A DNA stretch of 64,000 bases from Adineta vaga. Its lineage: Eukaryota > Animalia > Rotifera. The stretch spans positions 4,402,001 to 4,466,000 of the forward strand of contig CP075497.1 of NCBI GenBank assembly GCA_021613535.1. Direction: 5' to 3'. Of this stretch, positions 14,866-27,821 are shown one piece after another (the first letter of the stretch is position 1; every line of letters begins with the position of its first letter). Position numbers and translations under genes: made by a program. The notes under the pieces were generated by a model. The model had not been told where the DNA came from and made no database searches. It was given only the letters and a program-made list of their open reading frames with translations.

Positions 14866-16122
14866 ATGACAGTTACAATCCAAGTTATTTCTGCATCATA
14901 TACCAGATTTTGTTTAATTCGAAAACCAAATGGCACATATATTGTTCGATATCCAACAGAAAATGATGAAATTATCTCTTTAATTAGTTTTAATGAGTCT
15001 CAGGAGGAAAATTCTTCACAACTTGATTATGTCATCTTATCGGTACGTGTTGATGAGACGCTTTATGATGGTCATATCAAAAGTTATCGTTTACCTTATA
15101 CGAAACACAATATCAACGAAGATGTGAAGAAAATCTTGGAAACATATAATCGAAAACTAACTGAATGTAATTCTTTTAGATTTCCTTCATTAGGAAACGA
15201 ATTTGTACCGTCACCAGATGATGGAGATTGGCTTCTGAATAGTAAAAATATTGAGGATAATGATTTTGATCGAATGCAAAATCTTGGTCAAAATAATGCT
15301 GGTATAGCAAAAGCAACTTTAAAATGTAATCCACAACATGATATTAAAATTTTTATAAAACGTTTTCAAAAGAATCAAATACATTTCAAACGAGAATTTA
15401 CTTTACTCAAAGATTTATGTCATACGCCGATTATTGCATGTTATGGACGATATTATGATAATAAACATGATTATTTAGTATTTGAAGATGGTGGAACATC
15501 ATTGGAATCTCGTTGTCCAGTGATAAAATCAACTTTATCAAAAAAAATGAGCTTTATAGCAAATGTTGGCTTTCAACTTGCTAATGCAATGATATATTTA
15601 GAAAAGAAAAACATTGTTCATCGTGATTTAACAGCTAGTAATGTTTTAATTACTTCACGTGGTTATATAAGAGTAGCTGATTTTGGTCATGCAATTAAAA
15701 AAGAAGATGGCATTAATACTCTCGAACGATCTAAAGAAATCAATGAAGAAAATCGATTTTTACATCGTTTTCTTTCACCAGAATGTTTACCTGCTTCAAA
15801 AGAAAAATCAACGTCGAATACAAATAATACCGAAAATTTTTGTTTGAACTTTACATCAAAAAGTGATGTTTGGTCATTTGGTATTGTTATAATACAAATG
15901 TTTCTTGCAGATCCACGCAAACCATATCCTGAAGTGTTGGACGTGAACAATATACCAAAACATGTGAAGGAAGATAGGAACAAACATCAACAACCAAAGG
16001 ATTGTCCAGATGATATGTATTTGTTCCTACAATTATGTTGGAGTTATGAAGCTAAAGATCGTTTGTCATTTACAGAAATTCGAGAAAGAATGTTTAGATT
16101 TGAGAAGATTTATCATGAATAA
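14866..16122 (+). CDS. Divergent tyrosine-kinase-like protein with degenerate N-terminal SH2-like region; CDS intronless
   Basis: IFIK, HRDLTASN, ADFG, SDVWSFG and CP..MY..LQLCW..DRLSF follow the TK fold; N-terminal PNGTYIVR..YVILSVR..HIKSYRL resembles SH2 strands. Confidence 0.8.
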   Translation: MTVTIQVISASYTRFCLIRKPNGTYIVRYPTENDEIISLISFNESQEENSSQLDYVILSVRVDETLYDGHIKSYRLPYTKHNINEDVKKILETYNRKLTECNSFRFPSLGNEFVPSPDDGDWLLNSKNIEDNDFDRMQNLGQNNAGIAKATLKCNPQHDIKIFIKRFQKNQIHFKREFTLLKDLCHTPIIACYGRYYDNKHDYLVFEDGGTSLESRCPVIKSTLSKKMSFIANVGFQLANAMIYLEKKNIVHRDLTASNVLITSRGYIRVADFGHAIKKEDGINTLERSKEINEENRFLHRFLSPECLPASKEKSTSNTNNTENFCLNFTSKSDVWSFGIVIIQMFLADPRKPYPEVLDVNNIPKHVKEDRNKHQQPKDCPDDMYLFLQLCWSYEAKDRLSFTEIRERMFRFEKIYHE

Positions 16123-17032
16123 ATAAAGTTATTCAAATATCTCTTCCTTTGATTACAAGATACGTTGAGATGTAAGATCTGTCTGTTTCTATATCATCTT
16201 CACTCTTCGATCTTATAAATACTATATCTATCAATATATGTTTATATTTTTTCTTACATCATGTAATTCATAATGTATTTTATCTCGTTTTGTTCTATAA
16301 AAGTTATAAAATTATTATTTGTTTTACTCTGAAATATTATATATTAATATATAATTTTCCAAAGATTGAATGAACGATAATGTTATTTAGTCATTTAGTG
16401 ATATGCAAGATAAGTATTTGATTATGAAATGTTATCTTAGAGTAAATATTTATTATTGTCATAGTTTTTCGCAACTAAAAATACACCTTATTATTGAAAG
16501 TCTAGTCCACTGACGTCAAGGTCAAGATAAAATCTACAACGAAGTTAATTCATAGAAACTAATATAGCTTTGTCTGTTCCTGAGAGTACATTTTCTTGAT
16601 GTATGTATTTGAAATTATCATTCATTATAATTTAACTTACAGTTAAGAGTGTAGTGTGAACAAAGTTAACACTCTTTCAAAGTGAGTAATTTCTTTATTT
16701 TTAAGTGCATTGTTAAGTTATTTCGAATACTTCAAACACTCATGTTCATACTAATTGAAGTTAAACTATACAAATGCATAACGCATGTAATAGTAATGTC
16801 AACTTTTCAAGTAATGAAACTTCCTATTACATAATTTTCCTTGAACTAATACCCAAAAGTACATGATTATGCTATGAAGAATATGCTCGATTGTCTATAT
16901 TACTTATGAGTATGAATAGAACTTTTTCTTTGAATATTATTGAAAACTATTATTCATCGAGTCAAAAATAGAAATAATAGAACAAAAATATTAAAAATCT
17001 CTTCAGTACATTCTATTGAATAAGCTGTAATA

Positions 17033-17811
17033 TTATTTCCGATTCGATGAACGTTTTGTTTTTGATTGACTTGTCGTAGTTGATGGTTGAGAAGTTATAT
17101 ACTGTCGCATTGTTCCCGAAATACGTTTTGGTTTACTCAAAGATTTGTTTAATGTATTCAATGTATCTAAATTCAACAATTCATCAAGATAACAATGATT
17201 TCAAAATTACTTGTTAAAACAATACACAATCTTTGATCGAGTTGATCAAGATTAAAATATGGTGTATAACGTTTTTCACCTGTTGTTGTATCAACTAAAA
17301 TCGATATAAAAAAAAGTGTTTTATATTCATATTTTATTGATCTACCTTCGACTTTAAGAATGTAATAAGTGCTTCTTGCTGCAAGAAATTGTGTTGCATA
17401 ATCATCTAAATGTGTACTAAGTTGTTTTAACTTTCCATCATGATCGATCAGATCAATTATTTCTATTTCATTTTAAACAAATAAGAAGAAAATAGATAAA
17501 AATGGATTGCTCAGAAAATTACCGTCTGGATGAATACCAGCGATTGATTTCATATGATCAAGTAGACGACGACAAGATGAATAACTATTGAGAAGGAGTT
17601 GTTGATTTTCTATCGAAAAAAAAACAGATTTTATTTTGTGTACTTGAAGAATGAAGGAATTCATTAGCATTATTGTGCTATACTATCGATCCTTACCATT
17701 GTAAATAATACGAATAAAAGTACAAGGTGCTAAGATAACATGTTTTCTTACATCCGTTGTTCGTATTGCGGATATTGAACTAACTGATGAATTACGTCTT
17801 GATGTTTCCAT
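17033..17811 (-). CDS. C22orf15/CXorf65-like small protein, about 5 exons
   Basis: Spliced: FIRIIYN..NQQLLLNSYSSCRRLLDHMK..IDLIDHDGKLKQL..YATQFLAARSTYYILKVE..RYTP, with a basic C-terminal tail. Confidence 0.65.
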
Positions 17812-19124
17812 GGTTTGTTTTTTTCTACGTGTCGATATGCTCACTTGTCTTTTTGTCGCTCAATTAAATCGAGGACTTTCTACTCTCTTTACTCTCACTA
17901 CATAAATTTGTTCCGTTTTTCTATTGTTTGTAAATCATTTTCTTTTTCTCACTTTCTTCTTCATTCTCGTTTGCTTCTCTTCCGTTTCATGAGCAATTTA
18001 TATACATGTCTACATTCTTTTCTTTTTTGTTATACTTTAATCTAGACCGAACAGGTAATGGATTTGCTGCTTACAGGCACGTAAACGTTTTGACAAATGA
18101 GATTTCTACGACTATTATTATTGTTATATATACCTAGAGACGATGATGTATTGGAATAAATGATTGTTACCAATGGAGTCATTGTTATTGAGGATACAGA
18201 AGATGAATCCGAGAAATTCGAAGGATCATGAAGAGAAAAATTTTGGTTAAGCGATATATTTGAAAGTTGAGATTGATTATGAAGACGACGAGTACTCATA
18301 GATGAAACCGAATGTGTAGCTACTGTGGCTGCTGCCATTGTATATTTCCAACGAGCAGTCGGTTAGTTTATAATCGTATCGTTATATGAAATACAAGCGA
18401 ACGAATACCGAAATACTCTTTCGTCTATCAACTTTATCGTTATGAGTTAATATGCAAGTATAATTTACTACTCATACAACAGAATAAGAAAGAAAAAACA
18501 AGCAATCTTTTCTTTTCTTCTTCCTTTTTTTTCCTCATCTACTTGACTTTTTCTATTGAAAAACGAAAAGTCATCTCATGAATTTTCAAAATAAAAAGTA
18601 CAAGTTTTCATATTCAATAAATCTATTTCTGGAATCTGATTTTATTTTCTTCAAGTCTATCATGTTTGACAAATATATTTGCTATTTTCTTATCAAAAAA
18701 AAAGAGAGAAAAGGAAGAAAAAAGAGAAATAAAGACAGACCAAGAGATTTTTGAGATACAACAAGCAAAAAAAACAGAAAAAAAACACAAGTTTATTGTA
18801 ACGAAAAAGAGAAAAGATGTGGGAAGAACCACAGACTTCGCAGCGCAGAAGTTTCACACAAATTCTAATAAGTGTGACATCTGATACACACGAGAAGCAA
18901 AAAAAATAGGATTATTATGAAAAGAAGAGAAAAAAAATTAGCATTTTAATGAAGAGAGAATCATTCGTTCAGAAAAGCATCTGACATATTCATTTGATAG
19001 AGAGATATGACTAAAAAAAAACACATGACACACAAACATTGCTTGTATGACAAAAATATATAGATGGTCACATTGTATAGTGAATCGAAAAGAAAACAAA
19101 GAACTAATACTGTGTTAGAATATT

Positions 19125-19725
19125 TTAGATTTGTTCATTTGTTGTTGTTAAAGTTGTTGGAACTTCAAGCATTAATGCATAATTTTTCATTAAATCAGAT
19201 GTATCAAGTGAATCAGCATTGGTATGATCATTGCTTGTTGACATCACAATCGAACAAACAGAATCATCTTCATCTTCACTTGAAGAATCTTCATTCATAT
19301 TAGATGTATCATCTTCATTTTCCGTTTGTTCATCAAGTTCCTAGATATCAAAATTAAAGAGAATACAAACTGAATTTATTCAAAAACTCTATATATCTAC
19401 TCGATCAACATCCATCTGACTTATTTGTTCATTTTGTTGAGCTCTATGAGTATTGGCTGCTGCCATATTCTCTTGTTCTTTATAATATTGCCATTGCATT
19501 TGTTGTTGTTGTTGATAGAAATAACTTGAGAAGCAAAAAAGAAAGGTTTTTTTTATTGATCTTTGTTCGAAGATTTTCTTACTATGTTTCTAATTGTGTG
19601 ATAAATTTTCGAACGAGTAAACGTTCACGTAATGGATTTTCAGTGCGTCGTTGCCGAACACTAAATGTTGGCATTCGTAATTTTTGATAAGACAAAAAAA
19701 TCATCATTGCACGTTCTTGATCCAT
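19125..19725 (-). CDS. SERTA/IER-like small protein, 3 exons; absent from the ORF track
   Basis: MDQERAMMIFLSYQKLR...NPLRERLLVRKFITQLE followed by Gln-rich and acidic segments; canonical short introns keep the frame. Confidence 0.55.
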
Positions 19726-20130
19726 TGAAAAGACTTTCACAAATAAGAATTAATAATAGATAAATAAAAAATAAATAATTATTGGAAGAAAAAACGATGA
19801 CTAGCTTGGCACACACGCACACCACACACTAATACATAGAAATAATCTAAAAACAATTAAGAATCAGTTGGGTTGTGAAAAATTTTCTTTAAATGTGTAA
19901 ACTGATCAGTGATCATATCATATAAAAGAAACAAACAACTTTGACATGTCTTTTTTGACAGACAAAGAACGGTGCCCTTTGTTCAGATATGCCATTCGGA
20001 TAAGAATGAACCTCTGTTCATAAATTTATCGAAAAAGAAAAGAATTATTTTTGTATTTTGACTAAATTCATTTAGTTTTAATGAAATTTTTACAGATTTA
20101 AATTTATATAATTGTTTATTTTCTATGAAA

Positions 20131-20141
20131 TAGATGTCGCT
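20131..20141. promoter_or_regulatory. TAGATGTCGCT motif in the divergent promoter between the SERTA-like gene and NEK10
   Basis: Exact 11-mer shared with 11417 and 61201. Confidence 0.45.
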
Positions 20142-20523
20142 CAATGCTGATTGTTCATAAGAGTTCAAAATGAAAGAACAGAAGGTGTAAATAAACACCT
20201 GGTATTGTTCAAAAGAATTGTAATTTTATGATACACTTTCTTTTGCTTTTGTTTGTTCAATAGTTAAATGAAAAGTTAGTCATGTCAATGTATAGTTATA
20301 GTATTGCCGAAAAGAAAACAATAGTTAAAGATGCAATGTATCGTCATTTTTATGAGTTCTTGATAAAAAAAAGAAGCGGTAGAAAAATCATTCTATTCCG
20401 TGATGATTCATTCTTCTTTTCACTTGAAGGTGAACAAATAGAAGTTGTCTTTTCTTGTTAAATAACTTGTCATTCTTTCCAAGATTACATCTTTATCACA
20501 GTAAAATAGTCGAATGGCAAACA

Positions 20524-23500
20524 ATGATCGAATTAAACGACAGTAAGTATCCTAGGCAAAATGAAGGTTATTATTTATTGTATGATAATCTTTTCAGTAC
20601 AACAGAACGAAATATTGCAAGTAAAATTTTTCATGAATTAGAACGTGATGATGAAAAAACTGAAAAAAAATATTTGGAACAGTTCAAGTTAGTTCAATTT
20701 ATTCTCTCGTATATAGTTATGATTTACATTTATTTAGTTTACAATATGGAAATCAAACGAAATTTACCGGTTCCAATGAACATAAATATTTCTTAAATGT
20801 CGGTAATTTCTAAGAATTTTTGTCATTTTAATAACGAAAGTTTTGGATTTAGATATTATATTTTCTTATAAGAAAAAGATTACTCGTTTAGTAAGTAAAG
20901 AAAGAATGCAAGATTTGATATCATGTACTCGATATTTTAGTACAAAGAAATTCATCATCTTACCCACTTTCTATTGTTTACGAATCCTATTACGTGATCA
21001 TGAGTTTCTACTTATTTTCATTCAAGAAAATGGTTTGATCGGTTTAAAACAGGTACATCTCTTCTTAAAATCATATTATTTCTAATCACAATTATTTCTT
21101 CTACTAGCAAATGGATTTATATATCGATCATCTGACACCAGATTTATGTGATAGTAACAGTGAAGTATCCGGCATTGTATCTAACGCTCTTGCAGATATG
21201 CTAAGTAAGTATTTTTTCGAGGGAAAAAATATCAATTATACATTTTGTTTTATTTTGAAATTTTAGAAATTCTTCAGAAAATTTTAATGAATGAAGTCAA
21301 ATATATTGAACGCGATTCTTTGATATCCAGTCGTATCATTGAATCAATTACACATCTTTTAAATCAACGACATTTTCCATTATTACATGATACATTAAGA
21401 TTAATATTATATATGATTGATAAATTGTAAGAAATGACCTATCATTTATTTATTTATTTATTTCTAAAATCTTTAGAGAATTGTACACAAGTGAATTTTT
21501 CAAAACAGATATTATTGAAAATCTTTTTCAACTATTAGAATATAAAGATTTAGCAACAATACAGTATGTTCAATTTTCATTTTTATTCATTCATTCATGA
21601 ATATTTTCTTTTTTATTGCATTAGACTTTCTTTACATTTACTAGCAACATTTTTCTCTCATCCTGATATACGTCAATACATTCCTCATGTACCGAATGAT
21701 TATCTATATACGTTTACTAAGTAATAAGAGTAACAATTAAAATTACATTATCATGTCTGTTGATTTCTATTGATAGTTATTTGAGTCATAATAACGTGAA
21801 AGTTCTTGAACATGCAATTTGGTGTTTAGCACATTGTGCTGATAATGAAAATGAACGACAAAAAATACGTTTAACAGGCGCTATTCCTCTATTACTTTCA
21901 TTGTTGGAAAGCGAGTAAAGACTGTGTTCTTCAAAGAAATTTATTTGACTGATTGTCGGATATATTTTAGAAAACGATTTGATTTTTCATCTCCTTCAAC
22001 AACAACAAATCGATTACAATCAGCACAAAGTTCAAAACACAAAGCTCAAGAATATATCGATGGGAATAAAGTAGGAATTTACATATAATGAAGTTATTAT
22101 TCAATTTAACTGATGAGTATTTTAGAAATCTTCAGAATATGATCAATTATATGACATGCAATCTGCTTGTTGTAATTGTCTAGCTGAATTATCATATGAT
22201 TATACAAATAGTCAAACTATAATTGAACGTAACGGGATATACATTCTAGCCGTACTTCTTTTTCCAAAAGATGAAAGTTTACAACCATTAGAAACATTTA
22301 TTCATTTACAAGTAAATTCAAATTTTAGTTTATATTTTCATCGATTTTAAATTTATATTTATAACTAGCGAACAGTGTTTAAAACATTGCGATTTTTATT
22401 TCCATCAAATGAAAAATATGATCGATCTCAATATAAACGATTATTTCCATCACATATATTTGAATTATTCGTTTGTATTGGTAATTTTCAACGTGATCCG
22501 AATGCATATAAAGAGATAACAAATGCTTGGAATTCAATTCATATCGATGAATTGAATAAAATTAAAGTTGAACGTTTACAAGCAATGAATCCCAAACAAG
22601 AACCAACACGATTTATTCGAGATTATGGAGTTTATGAATGTCTTGGTTCAGGTGCATTTGGTTCAGTTTATCGAGTAGCTGAACGAAAGTCAACAACGAT
22701 GTATGCATTAAAAGAGGTTCGTTTATTTCTCTATCAGAAACTCTTATGTCTTTTTTTCTGTGTTTAAATTTAGATCAAATGTTCATTAACAAGAGATGAC
22801 GATCGTAGTTTAGAAAGTATGATCAACGAAATCAATATCATTCGTGAAAAACTTCATCATCGAAATATTGTCAGTTATTTTCAATCATTTACGGAAAGTA
22901 ATTTCCTTATCTTTTTTATTTTCGTTAAATGATTTTTGTTTAATAAATTTTACATAGATGGAAATATATATGTTAAAATGGAACTAATTGTTGGTTCATC
23001 ATTACAAGAATATTTAACATTGATGAAACAAACAAATCAAAACATGTCAGAAGATAATATTTGGCGAGTGTTTATTCAATTGATGCTTGCATTAAGATAT
23101 TTACATAAAGAAAAAGGAATTGTTCATCGAGATTTAACAGCAAATAATATTATGTTAGATGATGAATATAGAGTAAAGATTAGTAAGTATTAGAATTTGA
23201 CGATGACTACATGATAAATTAGAAAATAATCATAGTTACAACTTCTACTTAATTATATATGCAGTAATCAGAGCTGAACAAGGTTTTTCTCGCATCAAAG
23301 CACATATTTCTGCAAAAGAAAGATGTAACACAGTTTTATAGATACATGATTAGAAGAAAAACTTAGAAAAATGACAATTAGAATATCTTTCTAATATTCT
23401 AGCTGATTTTGGCTTGGCTAAATTACGTAATAATGATTCAAGTAAGATGGCATCGGCAGTTGGTACATTATATTATGCTTGTCCAGAAATCATACAACGT

Positions 23501-24937
23501 TTTAATTATAACGAAAAAGCTGGTAAATCATTTCTATTTTTTTAACAATCTTTTGTTTATAAATCTTGTCTTCTAGATATTTGGAGTCTAGGATGTGTAC
23601 TATACTATATGATAGTTTTAGTTCTACCGTTCTATACTGAAAATATTCTTTTACTTGCGAAAAAGATATGTGCGAGTGATTATGATCGAACACCATTGAG
23701 TTATCATTCAAAGCATCTACAAGAAGTAGTTATTGAATGTTTAATAATTGATCCAATACTTCGTCCAGATATTTGTGCTATTGCTCAATCATGTACAGAA
23801 GAATTAATGTCTTATACAGATCTATCATGTAATACTATACAAACATTGGAAAAACGATTAAGACAACGAGAAATGAATCGTGAATCTTATGTTTCAAAAC
23901 AAGAATATTCAAGTGTTAAAGAACCATCAATGAGTGATAGTAGTGGAATTGCAGATGTTACTTTTGAAGGAACAACAGATGAACAACATGAAACGATTAA
24001 ACAAGACTCATGTTCTCTAAGTATTTCAACAAAATCAAATAACAATCAACATCACGAAAGTACAATGGTTCCAAATAGTATTTATATTATTATATTTCCT
24101 TTCTAACAACTAATTTCATACTATCAAATTCGTTCATTAGGATCAGCAAGTATATCATTTGAAAGTGGTTATGATAGTAATCAGCGATCACAAAGATTTC
24201 ATTCTTCATCAAGTACATCCAGTATTGAACGAAAGTAAATGAAAACATTTTCACATGATTATATACATAATATGAATTATATTAGATCAAGTGCTACATC
24301 TAATCGTTCACAACCATCCTCAGAATCTGGTCCAATTAGTATACCGAATTCTCGCCTTCGACATACTGATCCTGTTAGTCAATTACTTGAAATTGTTCAT
24401 AAAATAGTTTATATTTCATATGTATGTATCCATATGACAAAAATTTGTTTCTTACCTTTTTGTCTGCTCTTATAATAGCTACCATCTACATCTATTAATA
24501 TGAAATATCGACGTTTAATTGATCGTTATCGAGGCTATTTATTTTCTAAAAGTTCATTTCATAATTTAAAAAGTGAATTATTGAAACTATCCAAAAATTC
24601 AAATGATCCCATTGAATTTGATGCTATTACTGGTCGACGAGCACTCAATTTTCAATCATTAACAAAATCTTCATCACTAACTAATACATCCAATTTTAAA
24701 ACTGGTAATAATTTATTTCTTCATAAATTATACTTTTCTTCAAATGAACTTTCTCTTGTAGATATTACCATTCTAGAAAATGATGGTTCAGTAACTTATG
24801 AACAGATGATGTCATATATCGATCAAATTCTTCTCGAAACAGATTATTATAAAGATACAACTATATCCATATCGACCGGTGAATCTCTTCCACCCACTGT
24901 TCAAAAAAATCATCGACCTCCAACACGAAAAAAATGA
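20524..24937 (+). CDS. NEK10: NIMA-related kinase 10 (ARM repeats plus central kinase domain); start approximate
   Basis: ARM-like exons precede LGSGAFGSVY..YALKE, HKEKGIVHRDLTANNIML, DFGLAK..VGTLYYACPE; C-terminal LRHTDPVSQLLEIVHKIVYI and VTYEQM resemble NEK10. Confidence 0.9.
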
Positions 24938-25092
24938 AGCCATATGTTTGTTTTTTCATCATAGAACTGAAAGAAACTATGTACAAACAAAACATCGATG
25001 ATTTCTCTTTTCTTTTTGACAGACATTAAAAACGTTATAAATGTTTTTTTCGTTGTTTCAGATCAACATTTTCTGTCTTCTTCTCATCAAAA

Positions 25093-26938
25093 AATGCAAT
25101 CATGCTTGTTTAATTTCTTATTGAATTCTTATTTAACTGAACGTTCGAAAACAATCGATTTATCACAAATAAAATTATCGAATCTTAATGAATCTCAAAA
25201 TGTTCTTTCCTCCTTAGAAAAAATTTACCAAAATATTGAACAATGTTTATCATCAAAAGAAAATTTAACTTCAAATGAAAAGAAAGAAAATGAAGAAAGC
25301 AATGAATTAATTATTAGTAAAGATAATCATGAATCATCTCAAATAAGTATTACCGTTTGTGATGAACAAAAAAATGAAAAACGTCAATTTTCATGTAATC
25401 GTTCGTTATTAATACGTGAAATGCGTTATTTTGCTGATTATTTAAAAGATGAACCTGATCAAGCTGAAGAAGTTGATATTAGTGTTCATTGTGATATAAA
25501 TATCTTTCAATGGTTAATGTCATTTGTTAATCGACGTCTATCCGGTGAAAAACCTGAATTAGATCCATCGATTTCTATTTCAATTTTAGTTTCATCGGAT
25601 TTTTTAAAAATGGATAAACTTGTTATTGAAACATTGAATTATATTCATACACATATTAAAGAAATTCTCAATATTAATTGTAATCTATCATGTATACCTG
25701 AACCATTATTTCATAAATTAGCCAAATGTTTTTCAAATCCTTATGAAATCGAACAATTACATGATAAAAGAAATCGTATTCGAAGTAAATTATTCGAATG
25801 TCATTTAATTGAATTACTGACACATAAAAAAATTATTCGCTGTCAATTTTGTCAAACAATAATGATTGTTGAACAAATGGAATTAATTCCTTGTTTAATT
25901 GATCGATTTATTTTGAAATCTAATGGCAAACTTTCTTTTCAACATAAAATTGATTCAAAATTTATTATTAATGATTGGGTCCGAGAAATTCATACACGCG
26001 AAGGAAACTCTTTTAGAAATACATTTTGGCTTGTTTGGTAAATATTTCTTTTTGATTAGACTAATTTTCACTACTTGCCTTTTCTCTTACGTGACTTCAT
26101 CTCATTTGATGATGCTTGTCATTGCATGTTATCTCTTCGGATATCCGTTGTAACTAGTCGAGATTGAACTTTATCTTCCGCCATCTAATAAATATTTTTC
26201 TTTTTCGAATTAATTCTTTGTTTTTTTTCTAGGTTACTTACTCATGGAGATCAATGTGTACGCTGTGACAATTATTTTCGCTTTATTGACTTTTCAAACT
26301 GTTCTTATCACTCACTTTCATCGATAACCGATGGCAAACATGATTGTTGTGAACAGTATATTAGTAAATTTGATATTTTTCAAGTTAATATTCGTAGTGA
26401 TGGATGTCAGCAACGTGAACATATTTGTCAAACACAAAATCAATTTTCAAATATCTACGAAAATTTAGATAAAGAAGAACTTATTAAAAATCAACCTACA
26501 CTTCAACTTTTATCTCATTATACCAATTCAACAAATCTTATGACGACAAAAGTTCTTGAACAATCTATCTATGGTTGTATAGATATGGATGTGAAAAAAG
26601 CATCTTTACGTGCACAATGGACACCATTACTTGATACGCATCCATATGGAGCGGATGTAAAATATGCATGGGATGCAACTAAATCGACACGATGGAATCA
26701 AGATGCACAACGTGAAGATGAACATCGACGTTTCGATGAAATGCTTCGTCATATACAATCCATTCAACTAACAACAAAATCAAATCCAAATCGCACACTA
26801 AAAGAATCGAATTCTTCATCATTTATTCCATCTGGTGGAATTTATTGTCGAATTGAAAATGAATGGAGGACTCGTCAAAATACACCTGTTAATAATACGA
26901 ATATGAATAAAACTCGTCAACGTACGGCTTTGAAATAA
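25093..26938 (+). CDS. SANBR: SANT and BTB domain regulator (KIAA1841/DUF3342), 2 exons
   Basis: ITVCDE..F.C.R.LLIREMRYF, VDISVHCDINIFQWLM, SILVSSDFLKM and WDATKSTRWNQDAQREDE; intron at about 26038-26232. Confidence 0.88.
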
Positions 26939-27173
26939 TCCAATATTGACTCTTACATCATCATTCAATGTTTGTTTTTCTCTTATTCTTTTGCTCTCAT
27001 TCAACTATTTGTACTTCATTTGTTTCTTAGTCATGTGAGATATATATTATACATAGGAAATCGCTCAAGCGATTATTATAGCAACGATAATAGACAATAA
27101 TACTTACTTCGATGATCAAGATTCGTGTTAGACAGTAGAAACATTAATTTGCTTTATCAACGTATCTGCAGCT

Positions 27174-27620
27174 ATGTCTTCAGATTCTCAACAATCTCGT
27201 CCACCACCAAATCAAACAACAAATAATCGTGGAAAGCTTTCATTAGCAAATCTTGCTTTTGAAATTCCTACAAATCCTCATCCAACTGATACTGAATCAA
27301 TTTTACCAACAACACATATACAGAAGATTCAAACATGGATTGTTTGGTCAATATTTAATCTATTATTTCTACCATTTGGACTTCTTTGTTGTTATCTTTC
27401 ACATCAAGTTCGTCGATTTAAGAAACAAAATCGCTATGAGATGGCGATGAAATGGTCGAAACGTACATTTGTATCGAATATAATTACAACATTATTAATG
27501 GTTGGTGTAGCTATTACCATTGCTATGCTTCGATATGATTATGATCAACGAAATCCTGACCTTGAATATAATCAAACACGAACAACAGGAGCTTATATTC
27601 CATGGCAACCAGGCCGTTAG
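27174..27620 (+). CDS. CD225/dispanin family membrane protein
   Basis: WSIFNLLFLPFGLLCCYLSHQVR...A.KWS..T...N with two hydrophobic segments; intronless. Confidence 0.75.
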   Translation: MSSDSQQSRPPPNQTTNNRGKLSLANLAFEIPTNPHPTDTESILPTTHIQKIQTWIVWSIFNLLFLPFGLLCCYLSHQVRRFKKQNRYEMAMKWSKRTFVSNIITTLLMVGVAITIAMLRYDYDQRNPDLEYNQTRTTGAYIPWQPGR

Positions 27621-27821
27621 ATTGTTTCAAATTTTTCATGTATTATATGCATTTTGCAATTATTTTGTACGTGTTTTCTAACTAGATGATGATCATAAGA
27701 ATAAAAATAAGCATAATGTGATATAGAGACATACATACATACATAAATAGAATATATTTTGGAAACAAAAACTAATATAATCTGACACATCGAATAAAAA
27801 TAAACATTTAGGGAGTTTTAT

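Noticed and set aside
22110-22130. CTGATGA...GAAA hammerhead-like core
   Set aside because: No stem II or flanking stems; it is the branch/acceptor region of a NEK10 intron.
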